A stretch of DNA of 64,000 bases, taken from contig JAZURG010000204.1 of assembly GCA_045606145.1 (NCBI GenBank), forward strand, positions 10,472-74,471. Reading direction: 5' to 3'. The stretch comes from Faecousia sp. GTDB lineage: Bacteria > Bacillota > Clostridia > Oscillospirales > Oscillospiraceae. Under the pieces are notes generated by a model. The model was not told the DNA's origin. It did no database searches and saw only the letters and a program-made list of their open reading frames with translations. The translations under genes were made by a program, and so were the position numbers. Positions 17,780 through 26,799 of the stretch are shown here, piece by piece; the first letter of the stretch is position 1; every line of letters starts with the position of its first letter.

Positions 17780-18640
17780 TTACACCGTATCCATAAAGGT
17801 CTTCTCGACCTTGTTGAAAATCATGATGCCAAACAGCACCACGGCGATGGTAATGCCCCAGCTCAGCGCCAGGTACGCGGGCATGATGGTGCCCTGACCC
17901 AGGATTGCATACCGCAGCACCTCAACGGGGGCAGTGACGGGGTTGATCATCAGAATGGTCTTGACCAGACCGTCGCCCAGCTGACTCATGGGGTAGACGA
18001 TGGGGGTGATGTACATCCACAACTGAACACCGAAACCCACCAGAATGGACAGGTCACGGTATTTGGTGGTCATGCTGGAGATCACGATGCCGCAGCCCAG
18101 CCCCAGCAGACCCAGATGCAGCAGGGCAACGGGAATCAGTAGCCAAACTTCCCAGTTGGGACTTACTTCGCCAATGACTAGATAGTAAATCAAGAATCCC
18201 ATAACCATCAGCATCTGGATTCCAAACTGGATTACGGAGGACAGTACATTGGATACCGGGATGGTCAGTCTGGGGAAGTAGACCTTGCCGAAGACACCGG
18301 CATTGGCTGTGAAGGTGCTGGCATTTTTGGTTACACAGCCGGAGAAGAAAATCCAGATGGCGTTACTGCACATATAGAACAGAATGCTGGGCACTCCATC
18401 GGTGCCGATGCCCGCAATGCCACCGAACACAAAGGCATAGATAATGGAGCTAAACAGCGGATTCAAAAACAGCCACGCAGGACCCAAGACGGTCTGCTTG
18501 TAGGTAACGATGAAATTCCGCTTAGTGAACAACAGAATCAAGTCACGATACTGCCAGACTTCTTTTAAGTTAAGGTCAAGCAGGCGATGCGTCGATGATA
18601 TATGGGCGTGATAGTGATTATTTGTTTGAGTTTTTGCCAA
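17780..18640 (-). CDS. wzm: Polysaccharide ABC exporter permease
   Basis: TTG start after GAGGTG; YRDL...YKQTVLGPAW...KVYFPR...YITPIVYP...NP; adjacent to wzt. Confidence 0.92.
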   Translation of the reverse strand: MAKTQTNNHYHAHISSTHRLLDLNLKEVWQYRDLILLFTKRNFIVTYKQTVLGPAWLFLNPLFSSIIYAFVFGGIAGIGTDGVPSILFYMCSNAIWIFFSGCVTKNASTFTANAGVFGKVYFPRLTIPVSNVLSSVIQFGIQMLMVMGFLIYYLVIGEVSPNWEVWLLIPVALLHLGLLGLGCGIVISSMTTKYRDLSILVGFGVQLWMYITPIVYPMSQLGDGLVKTILMINPVTAPVEVLRYAILGQGTIMPAYLALSWGITIAVVLFGIMIFNKVEKTFMDTV

Positions 18641-18659
18641 TTTAAGCACCTCTGATGTA

Positions 18660-19820
18660 TTATCGTTCAAGTATCCGCTGTATAAAAACTTTTGCAGATA
18701 CTGCCTTCTTTTTATATTCTGGAACCGCTTGCTGAAGCTGATTGCGAATATCCATCTCATGTTCAGCAAGCCAACAAAATGCGTTTTTCAAATCTGTCCC
18801 TGTTTTCAGATTCTGCACCGGAAAAACATAATTTTCTTCCGTTCCGAACAGATCTCTGGCGATACCGCGGGATTTGACAGAGTAGCCCACAACCAATGTA
18901 GGCACGCCAGTGGAATAGGCGGCGATGGTTGCGTGGGTTCGGGCGCCGACAAAGAATCGGCAGCGGGCGATGTATCCCTTCAGCTCGCAGCAGTTTCCGT
19001 CCTCGATCATGCACACACGACCGCTGTCCTTAAATCTATCGAACAGATAACGCAGCGGAACACGGTCATCATTGTATTCCCAGACCACATGAGGAATCAA
19101 ACAGACATTCATATCCGTCTCTGACAGAATGTAGCGGATCAGTTCCTCATAATTTGCCAGAATGCAATTCTCCTCCGTTCCGTACTTCATGATCAGCGGG
19201 CTGACGTTGATACCCACGGTGTTATTCTCAACGAAGTTTTCAGGCAGAGGCAGCTCTGTCTTTTCCAGGAGAAATGCAGTATCCGCTACCAGAACCGTAT
19301 TGGGATTGATGGGCTTCAGCAATTCAAAAGTAATAGATTCACGGGCGGTGATCAGGTCAAAACCGGCAAGGTCCTCCGCCATTTCGGGCGTGATTGCTTC
19401 AGGATCAATGGAGCATCCCCACAGAACTGTGGCTTTTGCGTACTTGCGGATCTTCTTGTCCAGTTCGATAGCCTGTTTTGCAGACCACTCATAACAGTAG
19501 TTATCGCCGCCAATGGAAAAGGCGATATTGTCCTTGAAGGTTTCCCGCAGAAATACTTCCATATTGGCGTCCGTCTGTCCAAGAGCTTTTCGGCGAATCA
19601 ATGCCTCGAAGTAAGGCAGGCTAAACCGGCGCAGCTGCTCGGACTCAATAATGCGGTCTACCGTCTTTGCGGAGCCATACTGCTCATCCTCCGCCTTGGC
19701 TAAGGACCAAAGGCTAACATTTTCCGGTCCGCCGAGAACCTGTGCAGTGGTGCGAACCAATGCCTCACAACCATGGTTCGCACTGCCTGTGTGCATAAAT
19801 AAGATGTTTTTCATCTTCAT
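18660..19820 (-). CDS. Polysaccharide pyruvyl transferase family (WcaK-like)
   Basis: NHGCEAL, SIGGDNY, ITARES, GARTHATIAA, YSVKS. Confidence 0.9.
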   Translation of the reverse strand: MKMKNILFMHTGSANHGCEALVRTTAQVLGGPENVSLWSLAKAEDEQYGSAKTVDRIIESEQLRRFSLPYFEALIRRKALGQTDANMEVFLRETFKDNIAFSIGGDNYCYEWSAKQAIELDKKIRKYAKATVLWGCSIDPEAITPEMAEDLAGFDLITARESITFELLKPINPNTVLVADTAFLLEKTELPLPENFVENNTVGINVSPLIMKYGTEENCILANYEELIRYILSETDMNVCLIPHVVWEYNDDRVPLRYLFDRFKDSGRVCMIEDGNCCELKGYIARCRFFVGARTHATIAAYSTGVPTLVVGYSVKSRGIARDLFGTEENYVFPVQNLKTGTDLKNAFCWLAEHEMDIRNQLQQAVPEYKKKAVSAKVFIQRILER

Positions 19821-19825
19821 TATCC

Positions 19826-20809
19826 TTAATCATATTTTTTCCGCTGAAATCTCTGAGCATAAATCGGATAAACATGCCCCAGTAGAGCGGGCATCCGTAT
19901 TGCGAGCACAGCTAAGAGTCTTGTGCGTTTAGGAAGAAACGTTATCCATTCCCGGTGCGAAATAATTTCTTTGCGGATTGCATCAAGATGTTCCTCTACA
20001 TCTTGCTCTGTCAAGAGGCCGCAATAAGTGTAAACACACGTTGTCATAAATGCTCTTTGTGCATCTTCTAAATTCTCAGCGCGGACCTTCTCCAAAATGA
20101 TCTTCTTGACCTTTATTGGGTCATAAATCTTATACTCATTCAGTTTAGCGCGGGATGCCGATCCTTCCCGCACGATGTAGTGATACGGACACCAATCCTC
20201 AAACACAGTTTGCTCTGCCGCCGAAAACAGATAGAAGTTCATCAGCAGATCTTCATTAATTTTTATGCTCGTATCGACGGCTTCGCCGTGGAACAAGCTG
20301 TGTAACAAGGTCTTGTGGAAGAGCTTGTTCCACAGGCCTGGCTCAATCATTGAGCCGGACAACAGCTCTCGTATGGCTGTTGTCTTATCTTGCTTTGCAA
20401 GAAAGCCTGTGTTATGGAAATAGTGGACACGGCCATCAGCAAAGCACATCTGATAGCCGCAGTGGGAAATATCTGCGTCATATTCCACAGCGTTCTTCAG
20501 CAGCCGCGCATACATATCCGGCTCAATCTCATCATCGCCATCCACAAAACCGATCCATTCGCCGGTCGCTTCCTCTATGCCTCTGAGCCGGGCAGAAGTC
20601 ACTCCGCCGTTCTCTTTGTGGATTACCCGCAGATTGGGATGCACTGCTGCGTATTGGTCCAAAATATTTCCGGAATTATCCGGAGATCCATCATTTACCG
20701 CAATGATCTCGATATTGGAATGCGTCTGTGCAAAAATACTGTCGAGACATCTTGGCAGATCTGCTGCGACATTATAAACAGGAACAATCACACTGATGCG
20801 GTCTGCCAT
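19826..20809 (-). CDS. Glycosyltransferase family 2
   Basis: ISVIVPVYNV, VNDGSPD, FVDGDD. Confidence 0.95.
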   Translation of the reverse strand: MADRISVIVPVYNVAADLPRCLDSIFAQTHSNIEIIAVNDGSPDNSGNILDQYAAVHPNLRVIHKENGGVTSARLRGIEEATGEWIGFVDGDDEIEPDMYARLLKNAVEYDADISHCGYQMCFADGRVHYFHNTGFLAKQDKTTAIRELLSGSMIEPGLWNKLFHKTLLHSLFHGEAVDTSIKINEDLLMNFYLFSAAEQTVFEDWCPYHYIVREGSASRAKLNEYKIYDPIKVKKIILEKVRAENLEDAQRAFMTTCVYTYCGLLTEQDVEEHLDAIRKEIISHREWITFLPKRTRLLAVLAIRMPALLGHVYPIYAQRFQRKKYD

Positions 20810-20825
20810 TTTGTCATCTCCTTCT

Positions 20826-21935
20826 TTATAAACTCAGCAACATATCCTCCACGGCTTTCACCGTGTTCTCTGTGCTGAAAGTTTTTCCTCGCTGGGCGGC
20901 TTTTTCTTTATAGTGGGCAAGGAGTTTGGGGTCATCCAAAACCCGTTTGATGCCCTGATAGAGGGCTTCCTCGTCGTTTTCTGTGACGATGCCCCACTCG
21001 TCGTTTTCGCCCAGCATTTCCTTCATGCCGGAAACCAGAGTTGTAACCACCGGCGTGCCAACAATCAAGGCTTCCGTTGCAGCGGTGGAGAAGCCCTCCG
21101 AGTGGCTTGCGCAAACAAACAAGTCGCACTTTGCAACAAATTTGTAGGGATTTGTCTGGTACCCCAGGAAGCTCACGCCATCCGTGACACCGCAATCGGC
21201 AACGAGTTTTTCCAGTTCGGCCTTCTGCGCGCCTTCACCGAGGATACATAGATGGGTTTTGTAGCCGTCATCGATTAACCGCTTCTGCATGCGGATCATG
21301 CGATCAAAACCTTTAACGGGAACTACCTTTCCTACACCGCACCAACAAAAAGTACCTGCCGGCAACTCGGCATCTTCTTGAGCCAGGTCAAGGATTTCAT
21401 TGGTTTCATTGGTGTTGTACAGAACCTCTGTCCGGCCGCTATAGGGACAAATATCCAGGAATGCATCCCGGTTCGTCTCGCTGACGAATACCATAGCATC
21501 CATCCTGCCATAGCACTGCGCTCCTTCTTCTGCGGAGCAGAAGCCACGGGCAACATCGTCAGCGGACTTCATGGTGCAGTGGATCCAGGAAATCAACTTG
21601 GTATCCTTATTCGGACAGCCACTAATGATTCGGGAATCCGGCCCCTCCAGATAGGCAACCTCAATGTCATAGCGTTCTTTGATGAACCACTTGTGCAGCA
21701 GCGCAGGGGAGAACAGCTTCATCACATGGCTGTTGCCGGGAAACGGCTTTTTGAAAACAGCTCGGTAATGAATGTGTGGTTTTAGAAACTGCGCATTCAC
21801 TCCACCGCCGAAGAGCGCCATGACGGTAATATCAAATTGTGTAGGATCCATGTTGTTGACCAGGTTCACAAGCACCTTCTCAGCACCGCCATGGCCCAGA
21901 TCATGGATTAAAAATAAGACTTTCTTCATATGCAA
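20826..21935 (-). CDS. Glycosyltransferase family 4
   Basis: GGAEKVL, KGFDR, GYQTNPY, SEGFSTAATEA. Confidence 0.93.
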   Translation of the reverse strand: MHMKKVLFLIHDLGHGGAEKVLVNLVNNMDPTQFDITVMALFGGGVNAQFLKPHIHYRAVFKKPFPGNSHVMKLFSPALLHKWFIKERYDIEVAYLEGPDSRIISGCPNKDTKLISWIHCTMKSADDVARGFCSAEEGAQCYGRMDAMVFVSETNRDAFLDICPYSGRTEVLYNTNETNEILDLAQEDAELPAGTFCWCGVGKVVPVKGFDRMIRMQKRLIDDGYKTHLCILGEGAQKAELEKLVADCGVTDGVSFLGYQTNPYKFVAKCDLFVCASHSEGFSTAATEALIVGTPVVTTLVSGMKEMLGENDEWGIVTENDEEALYQGIKRVLDDPKLLAHYKEKAAQRGKTFSTENTVKAVEDMLLSL

Positions 21936-21944
21936 CTTGCACCA

Positions 21945-23066
21945 CTATGCGTGGCGGGCAATCAATTCAAACAGTTCCTTCATTGCGGCAGCGGTTTCGT
22001 GTTCGGAAATGTCCAGCTGTGCTTGAAGGGTTATTTCTTTTCTAAGTTCAGTACTATCGTACAGGCGCAGAACATAGTCGGCCATGTTCTCACTGTCATT
22101 TTGGTCTACCAGGAAACCATTATGGCCATGGTTAATTGTTTCCACGTGTCCACGGTTTTTGGTTGCGACCACCGGCAGGCCGCAGGCTATGGCTTCGATC
22201 AGGTTAAGACCGAGGCCTTCGGACTTGCTGGAAGCTACATACACATCGGCAAGATGCAGCAGCATCGGCACATCGCTTCTCCAGCCGAGGAGAAGAACGT
22301 CGTTTTGCAGGCCCTTATTTTCAATAACTTTACGCAACGAACCGCCGTCATGCTCTGGGCCGATCAGCATCAGTTTTGTATTGGGAACAGCCTTACGGAT
22401 GCGTTCAAAGGCTTCCAGTAGCATCATCTGGTTTTTATTCTCGATGATCTCTGCAACATAGGTCAGTACAAAGTCGTCCGGAGAAATGCCCAGAGTTTTT
22501 CTCTGCTCTGCCCGTTTACTTTCTGCAAGGGTAGCATCACGGAAACGGCTCAGATCGACACCCATGCCATGACACTTCTCAACAACCGGTATTTTTAAGT
22601 ACTTCTTGGCGGTACTGCAGTCGGTGTCATTGATGGTGATCATGACATCCGTCTTTGAAGCCAAAAGTTTTTCCATGGGATAGCCCATTGCCCAACGTAT
22701 GGCAGGTGCACTGGGGAAGAAATGCAGGCCGTGATTTAAGTAAATGACCTTCAAGCCGCCCTTTCGAAACGGAGCGGCAGCCAATCGGGCAACCATGGAG
22801 CCAACCACCGTATTGCATAGAAGGATATCATAGCGGTTCTTCTGAAGGATCTCTTTCAGAATGGCGACACTTCTGGAAATGCCACCCTGGAAGGGATTTC
22901 GGTCACAGGGGAGATCAAAAGCGTTGTTGGCTTCCGGAACAGGCTCGTCCAGCCGGCAGGCAACGTCGACCTGCCAACCGTTTTCTTTCAGCAGCTCAAT
23001 GAGTGGTATATGAAATTTTCGGATATGCTCTTTTGAAACATTGGCTACGAGTAATATTTTCGGCAT
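21945..23066 (-). CDS. Glycosyltransferase family 4
   Basis: Start reset to MPKILLVAN; HGLHF, GVDL, SEGLGLNLIEA. Confidence 0.92.
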   Translation of the reverse strand: MPKILLVANVSKEHIRKFHIPLIELLKENGWQVDVACRLDEPVPEANNAFDLPCDRNPFQGGISRSVAILKEILQKNRYDILLCNTVVGSMVARLAAAPFRKGGLKVIYLNHGLHFFPSAPAIRWAMGYPMEKLLASKTDVMITINDTDCSTAKKYLKIPVVEKCHGMGVDLSRFRDATLAESKRAEQRKTLGISPDDFVLTYVAEIIENKNQMMLLEAFERIRKAVPNTKLMLIGPEHDGGSLRKVIENKGLQNDVLLLGWRSDVPMLLHLADVYVASSKSEGLGLNLIEAIACGLPVVATKNRGHVETINHGHNGFLVDQNDSENMADYVLRLYDSTELRKEITLQAQLDISEHETAAAMKELFELIARHA

Positions 23067-23088
23067 AATACCATCTCTTAATCTCTTT

Positions 23089-23901
23089 TTATTTCCCGTC
23101 AGTACGCCATCTTCTCTGGTTGATGGCATACTTTATTTTCTGGGGAACCAGTACGGAAATAATCGGCTTTGCCACGTAAAGATACTGCTTTGCAGGGTAG
23201 TTATTTTCTTTGAAGCCAAAGAACAGGGTTTTGGATGCATTGGACGCATTCTTGAAATTTCTTCTTTGAGACGCTGCCATATCCTCTCTGACATAATACA
23301 GCGGCTCCTGAAGATTGTCCCCTTGGAATCCCTTTGCGAAGAATCGAATCCACAGGTCCACATCTTCGCAGCGAAGAACATAGTCTTTCAGGGAATATCC
23401 ATTCAATGCATCGTAAGTCGACTTCTTCATCATGATTGTGGCATGGAAGAACGGAATGCCCAGTCCAATGATTCCTGCAGAAGGATTTTTCGGAGGTAAA
23501 CGCTCTCCGGTAATCCGTTCTCCATCAAAACAGGTCATGCCGGCGCCAACCACATCGAGTTCAGAATGTGACACCAGGTAGTTGTACTGTTTTTCAAGAC
23601 GATCAGGATAGCTTCTGTCGTCGGCATCCATGCGGGCAATGTACTCGCCCTTTGCATATTTCAGGCAATGGTTCAACGAGTAAGGAAGCTTGGAATTGCG
23701 CTCATTCTGAATCGCTATAATTTTTCCGGGATACCGGGCTGCATAATCTTGGATGATTTGGAAGGTTGCGTCGGTCGAGCCATCATCACAGATGATGAAT
23801 TCCCAGTCAGAGAAGGTCTGATTCAGAATGGAATCAATGCTTTCTGCTATTGTATTTTCACTGTTATAGGCAGCCATGACAACAGAAACTTTCACACTCA
23901 C
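23089..23901 (-). CDS. Glycosyltransferase family 2
   Basis: VSVVMAAYN, CDDGSTD, ARMDADD, EDVDLW. Confidence 0.94.
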   Translation of the reverse strand: MSVKVSVVMAAYNSENTIAESIDSILNQTFSDWEFIICDDGSTDATFQIIQDYAARYPGKIIAIQNERNSKLPYSLNHCLKYAKGEYIARMDADDRSYPDRLEKQYNYLVSHSELDVVGAGMTCFDGERITGERLPPKNPSAGIIGLGIPFFHATIMMKKSTYDALNGYSLKDYVLRCEDVDLWIRFFAKGFQGDNLQEPLYYVREDMAASQRRNFKNASNASKTLFFGFKENNYPAKQYLYVAKPIISVLVPQKIKYAINQRRWRTDGK

Positions 23902-23906
23902 AGCAA

Positions 23907-25004
23907 TTATCCTTTCTCTGCTTGCAAATAAAGTTCTTCCAGTTTCGTAATTTCGGTTTTCATGTCATATCCGCACTCCCGTAATATGTCCAAATCAACA
24001 TTTCGATTCACTTGGATTGACGCTTTGCTGAGAATATGAGCAGCCCATGCTTCTGCGCCACAGGAGAGCGGCAGCACAGATACCCGATCCGGATATACGT
24101 TAACCTCTTCGTTGTATGCTTCCTGACTCACAACGCAGGGAAGACCATTGCACTGGGCTTCAACCAGTACAATGCCCAGACCCTCATACAGGGAGGGCAG
24201 GACAAAAATATCCATTGCAGACATCAGTTCACCGACATTGGACCGTCTGCCCATGAAAAGGATGGAATCAGCAATGCCAAGCTGCTCCGCTTTGGCTTTA
24301 ATAGTCGTTTCGAGTTCGCCGTCGCCGATTAGCATCAAGATACTCTCGGGGCAATCGCGCTTCATCTCTGCAAACACGTTCAGCAGAAACGCATGATTTT
24401 TGGGTGCTGCAAACCGCCCAACATGGCCAACGACGAACTTATTCTCAATTCCGAGGTTTTTTCTTGTTTTCGTACGAACTTCAGCTACAAATCGGTAGGA
24501 ATCTACATCAATCGCATTCCGGGATAACGTAAATGCATGATCGGCGAACATCCATTTTCCGGCTGCGGCAGAACAAGCAAGATACTGTGTCGCAAAAGCG
24601 GGCAGTTTCGTTCTATCTAAGTTATGTATCAGCGAAAACACATTGTTCTGTGCCTTGATACTGTGACTATGCATGATTCTGTGCGTATAGCTTAGGTTCT
24701 TTGCTAAGCGCAAGGGTAGCATGTACATAGCAGCATTGCCGTGGACATGAATAACATCCCATTCCTTTTTGGCAAGAACCGCTTTTGTCTCTTGATAATT
24801 CCTGACAAAGTGTTTGGGGAAAGAAGCGGTATAAAACACTCTTCCACCCAGTGCCGTAATTTCCTCCAGGTAATTGTTGTCGGGACTTCTGACCAGAAAA
24901 TCGAACTGAATCTTTGTTCGGTCAATGTTCCGATACCAGTTCATAATCAAGCTTTCTGTTCCGCCGGTGCCCAGACCGCCGAATACATGCAATACACGAA
25001 TCAT
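23907..25004 (-). CDS. Glycosyltransferase family 4 (EpsF-like)
   Basis: GGTESLIMN, GHVGRF..PKNH, PSLYEGLGIVLVEAQ. Confidence 0.94.
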   Translation of the reverse strand: MIRVLHVFGGLGTGGTESLIMNWYRNIDRTKIQFDFLVRSPDNNYLEEITALGGRVFYTASFPKHFVRNYQETKAVLAKKEWDVIHVHGNAAMYMLPLRLAKNLSYTHRIMHSHSIKAQNNVFSLIHNLDRTKLPAFATQYLACSAAAGKWMFADHAFTLSRNAIDVDSYRFVAEVRTKTRKNLGIENKFVVGHVGRFAAPKNHAFLLNVFAEMKRDCPESILMLIGDGELETTIKAKAEQLGIADSILFMGRRSNVGELMSAMDIFVLPSLYEGLGIVLVEAQCNGLPCVVSQEAYNEEVNVYPDRVSVLPLSCGAEAWAAHILSKASIQVNRNVDLDILRECGYDMKTEITKLEELYLQAEKG

Positions 25005-25018
25005 TTTTTCTCCTAAAA

Positions 25019-26149
25019 TTATCCGAACAAGCTTCCAAAAAATTTGAACAAACTAATAGATTGATACTCAACATCAAAGTTTCCGTGCAGCGCATTTGCG
25101 TATACAAAGAATCCCAAAAAGCAAGTACACGCAACAATCGAAATAAACCGGAAGGATCTATCATCAAATGTCTTTTTTAACATCCACGGTAAGCAACAAA
25201 TTGTACCAAGTTCAAAATAGTTGCCCATACGGCCGAACATGTTGGCTCCGGCTTGGGTGCCCATACACATAAACGCAAAACTGATGATGCCCATGTGAAT
25301 CAGTGTGTTATCCATTTCGTCTGCGTTATGGAAAACCCACTTCTGAAACACCAAACTAATCAGCGGTGGAACTGCATAAACGGCCAGACGGAAGATGTTA
25401 ATTGTGGTGTCAGAAAAAACTTCAAATTCGGCAAGGGTTTTTCCTAAATCGTTTGCCTGTTCCATAAAAGCGGTTATGGCTTCTTCAAAATTCATCATTA
25501 CTACCGCAACAACAGCAATAAAAACAAATGTAAAGAGCCTCCAGGGTCTTGCCCGGAACAGGGGAATTACGGCAAACGCCATTGCGTAGGTATGAACCAG
25601 CATGGCGATTAATATAATAAGCAGATATTTACTCCACTTCTTTTTCTCCAAATAAGGGAAGGCAAGTGTGGTGATGGCAATTGCGGTGATCTGTTTGAGT
25701 GCCGCGAGAGAAAACACAAAGGTACCGAGGGTGAAATAGATGAATATACTGAAGGTAAAATAACTGGAATACCGTTTGAAGAAACGCAGCAGGCATACCT
25801 GATCCAATAACGCCAGGGAAAAAATCAGAATTTGCGAGTTGTTCGAATAGGTCTTTAAAAAACTTTGATATAAAGTAAAAAGAGGATTTTTAAAAGGATT
25901 ATAGTTGTCCGTATTGCTCAACCACTCACCCAACTCTGGAGCATTTTGGAAGCCGCTTATGTAGTTCCAAGTATCATTATAACTGGTTCTCAAGCCTGCG
26001 AAGAGGACCAGAATGGTGACGAGCAGGATATACGCCCAATCGTGCCAGACGGTATAGCGGTGGCCTGCAGCGATGGTGGCCTTGGTATTCTGTTCGGAGA
26101 TATAGGCCAGGACCAGCGCGGCGGCAAAAACCACAAGTAACTTCGTCAT
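25019..26149 (-). CDS. EpsG-family polysaccharide polymerase (Wzy-like membrane protein)
   Basis: Multi-TM protein; AGLR...DT..Y, LKQ..AIAI, H..A and R...YF motifs. Confidence 0.85.
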   Translation of the reverse strand: MTKLLVVFAAALVLAYISEQNTKATIAAGHRYTVWHDWAYILLVTILVLFAGLRTSYNDTWNYISGFQNAPELGEWLSNTDNYNPFKNPLFTLYQSFLKTYSNNSQILIFSLALLDQVCLLRFFKRYSSYFTFSIFIYFTLGTFVFSLAALKQITAIAITTLAFPYLEKKKWSKYLLIILIAMLVHTYAMAFAVIPLFRARPWRLFTFVFIAVVAVVMMNFEEAITAFMEQANDLGKTLAEFEVFSDTTINIFRLAVYAVPPLISLVFQKWVFHNADEMDNTLIHMGIISFAFMCMGTQAGANMFGRMGNYFELGTICCLPWMLKKTFDDRSFRFISIVACTCFLGFFVYANALHGNFDVEYQSISLFKFFGSLFG

Positions 26150-26213
26150 AAGCAAATTCCTGTTCTGAAAGCAAAAGTGTACACGAGGGCACAATAACCC
26201 TTTTAACCAATTA

Positions 26214-26242
26214 ATTATAGTATATTTCGGCTATTTTGTAAA
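26214..26242 (-). promoter_or_regulatory. Probable promoter of the minus-strand polysaccharide operon
   Basis: TTTACA-17 bp-TATAAT on the minus strand, upstream of the EpsG gene. Confidence 0.55.
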
Positions 26243-26370
26243 CAGCTATTAGGACGAAAAAACGGCAAATATTCTGCATCTGGGGAAATGCACGGACAGC
26301 GCCGCCCCGGAGAGTAAACCTCCGGGGCGGCGCGCAGGCTGTCAAAAAACAGAAATTCTGCAACTATACT

Positions 26371-26506
26371 GTAGGGGCGATTCATAAATCGCCCGCCCAC
26401 TATTGCGGTGCAATTGTGGGATTTCCGCAGAAAATAAGAGAATAATCGCCGCTGGCGATGTGATTTTGTTCGCAAAAACACCGGGCGCATCGTGATGCGC
26501 CCCTAC
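26371..26506. repeat. REPIN-like pair of inverted GTAG REPs
   Basis: GTAGGGGCGATTCATAAATCGCCC ... GGGCGCATCGTGATGCGCCCCTAC. Confidence 0.75.
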
Positions 26507-26684
26507 GATATGGACCGGCCGATATACGTCAAATGACACTTCTTTGACACGCTGAGCGATATCCCGGAGGGTAAACCTCCGCAGCGGTTCATCCATGCTG
26601 GCAAAGCGCCAAACCCTGCGGTATAGTCTTAATAAATCCATTATTTACGAGTCTAAAGAACTTACGATCTACGGATTCCTTTGA

Positions 26685-26713
26685 TTGACAACACAGTGGT
26701 TATGTGGTATCCT
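26685..26713 (+). promoter_or_regulatory. sigma-A promoter of ABC/peptidase/cps operon
   Basis: TTGACA-17 bp-TATCCT with TG extended -10. Confidence 0.65.
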
Positions 26714-26799
26714 TATAAAGGATTATTGTGGGGTTTTGTTGCAAAATCCCAGCAAGGATTCTTTAACGATTGCAGACAGAGAATTGTGAGAATGCGGAT

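Noticed and set aside
26342-26641. 99-aa minus ORF upstream of the EpsG gene
   Set aside because: No RBS, and the second half is REP sequence; at best a remnant.
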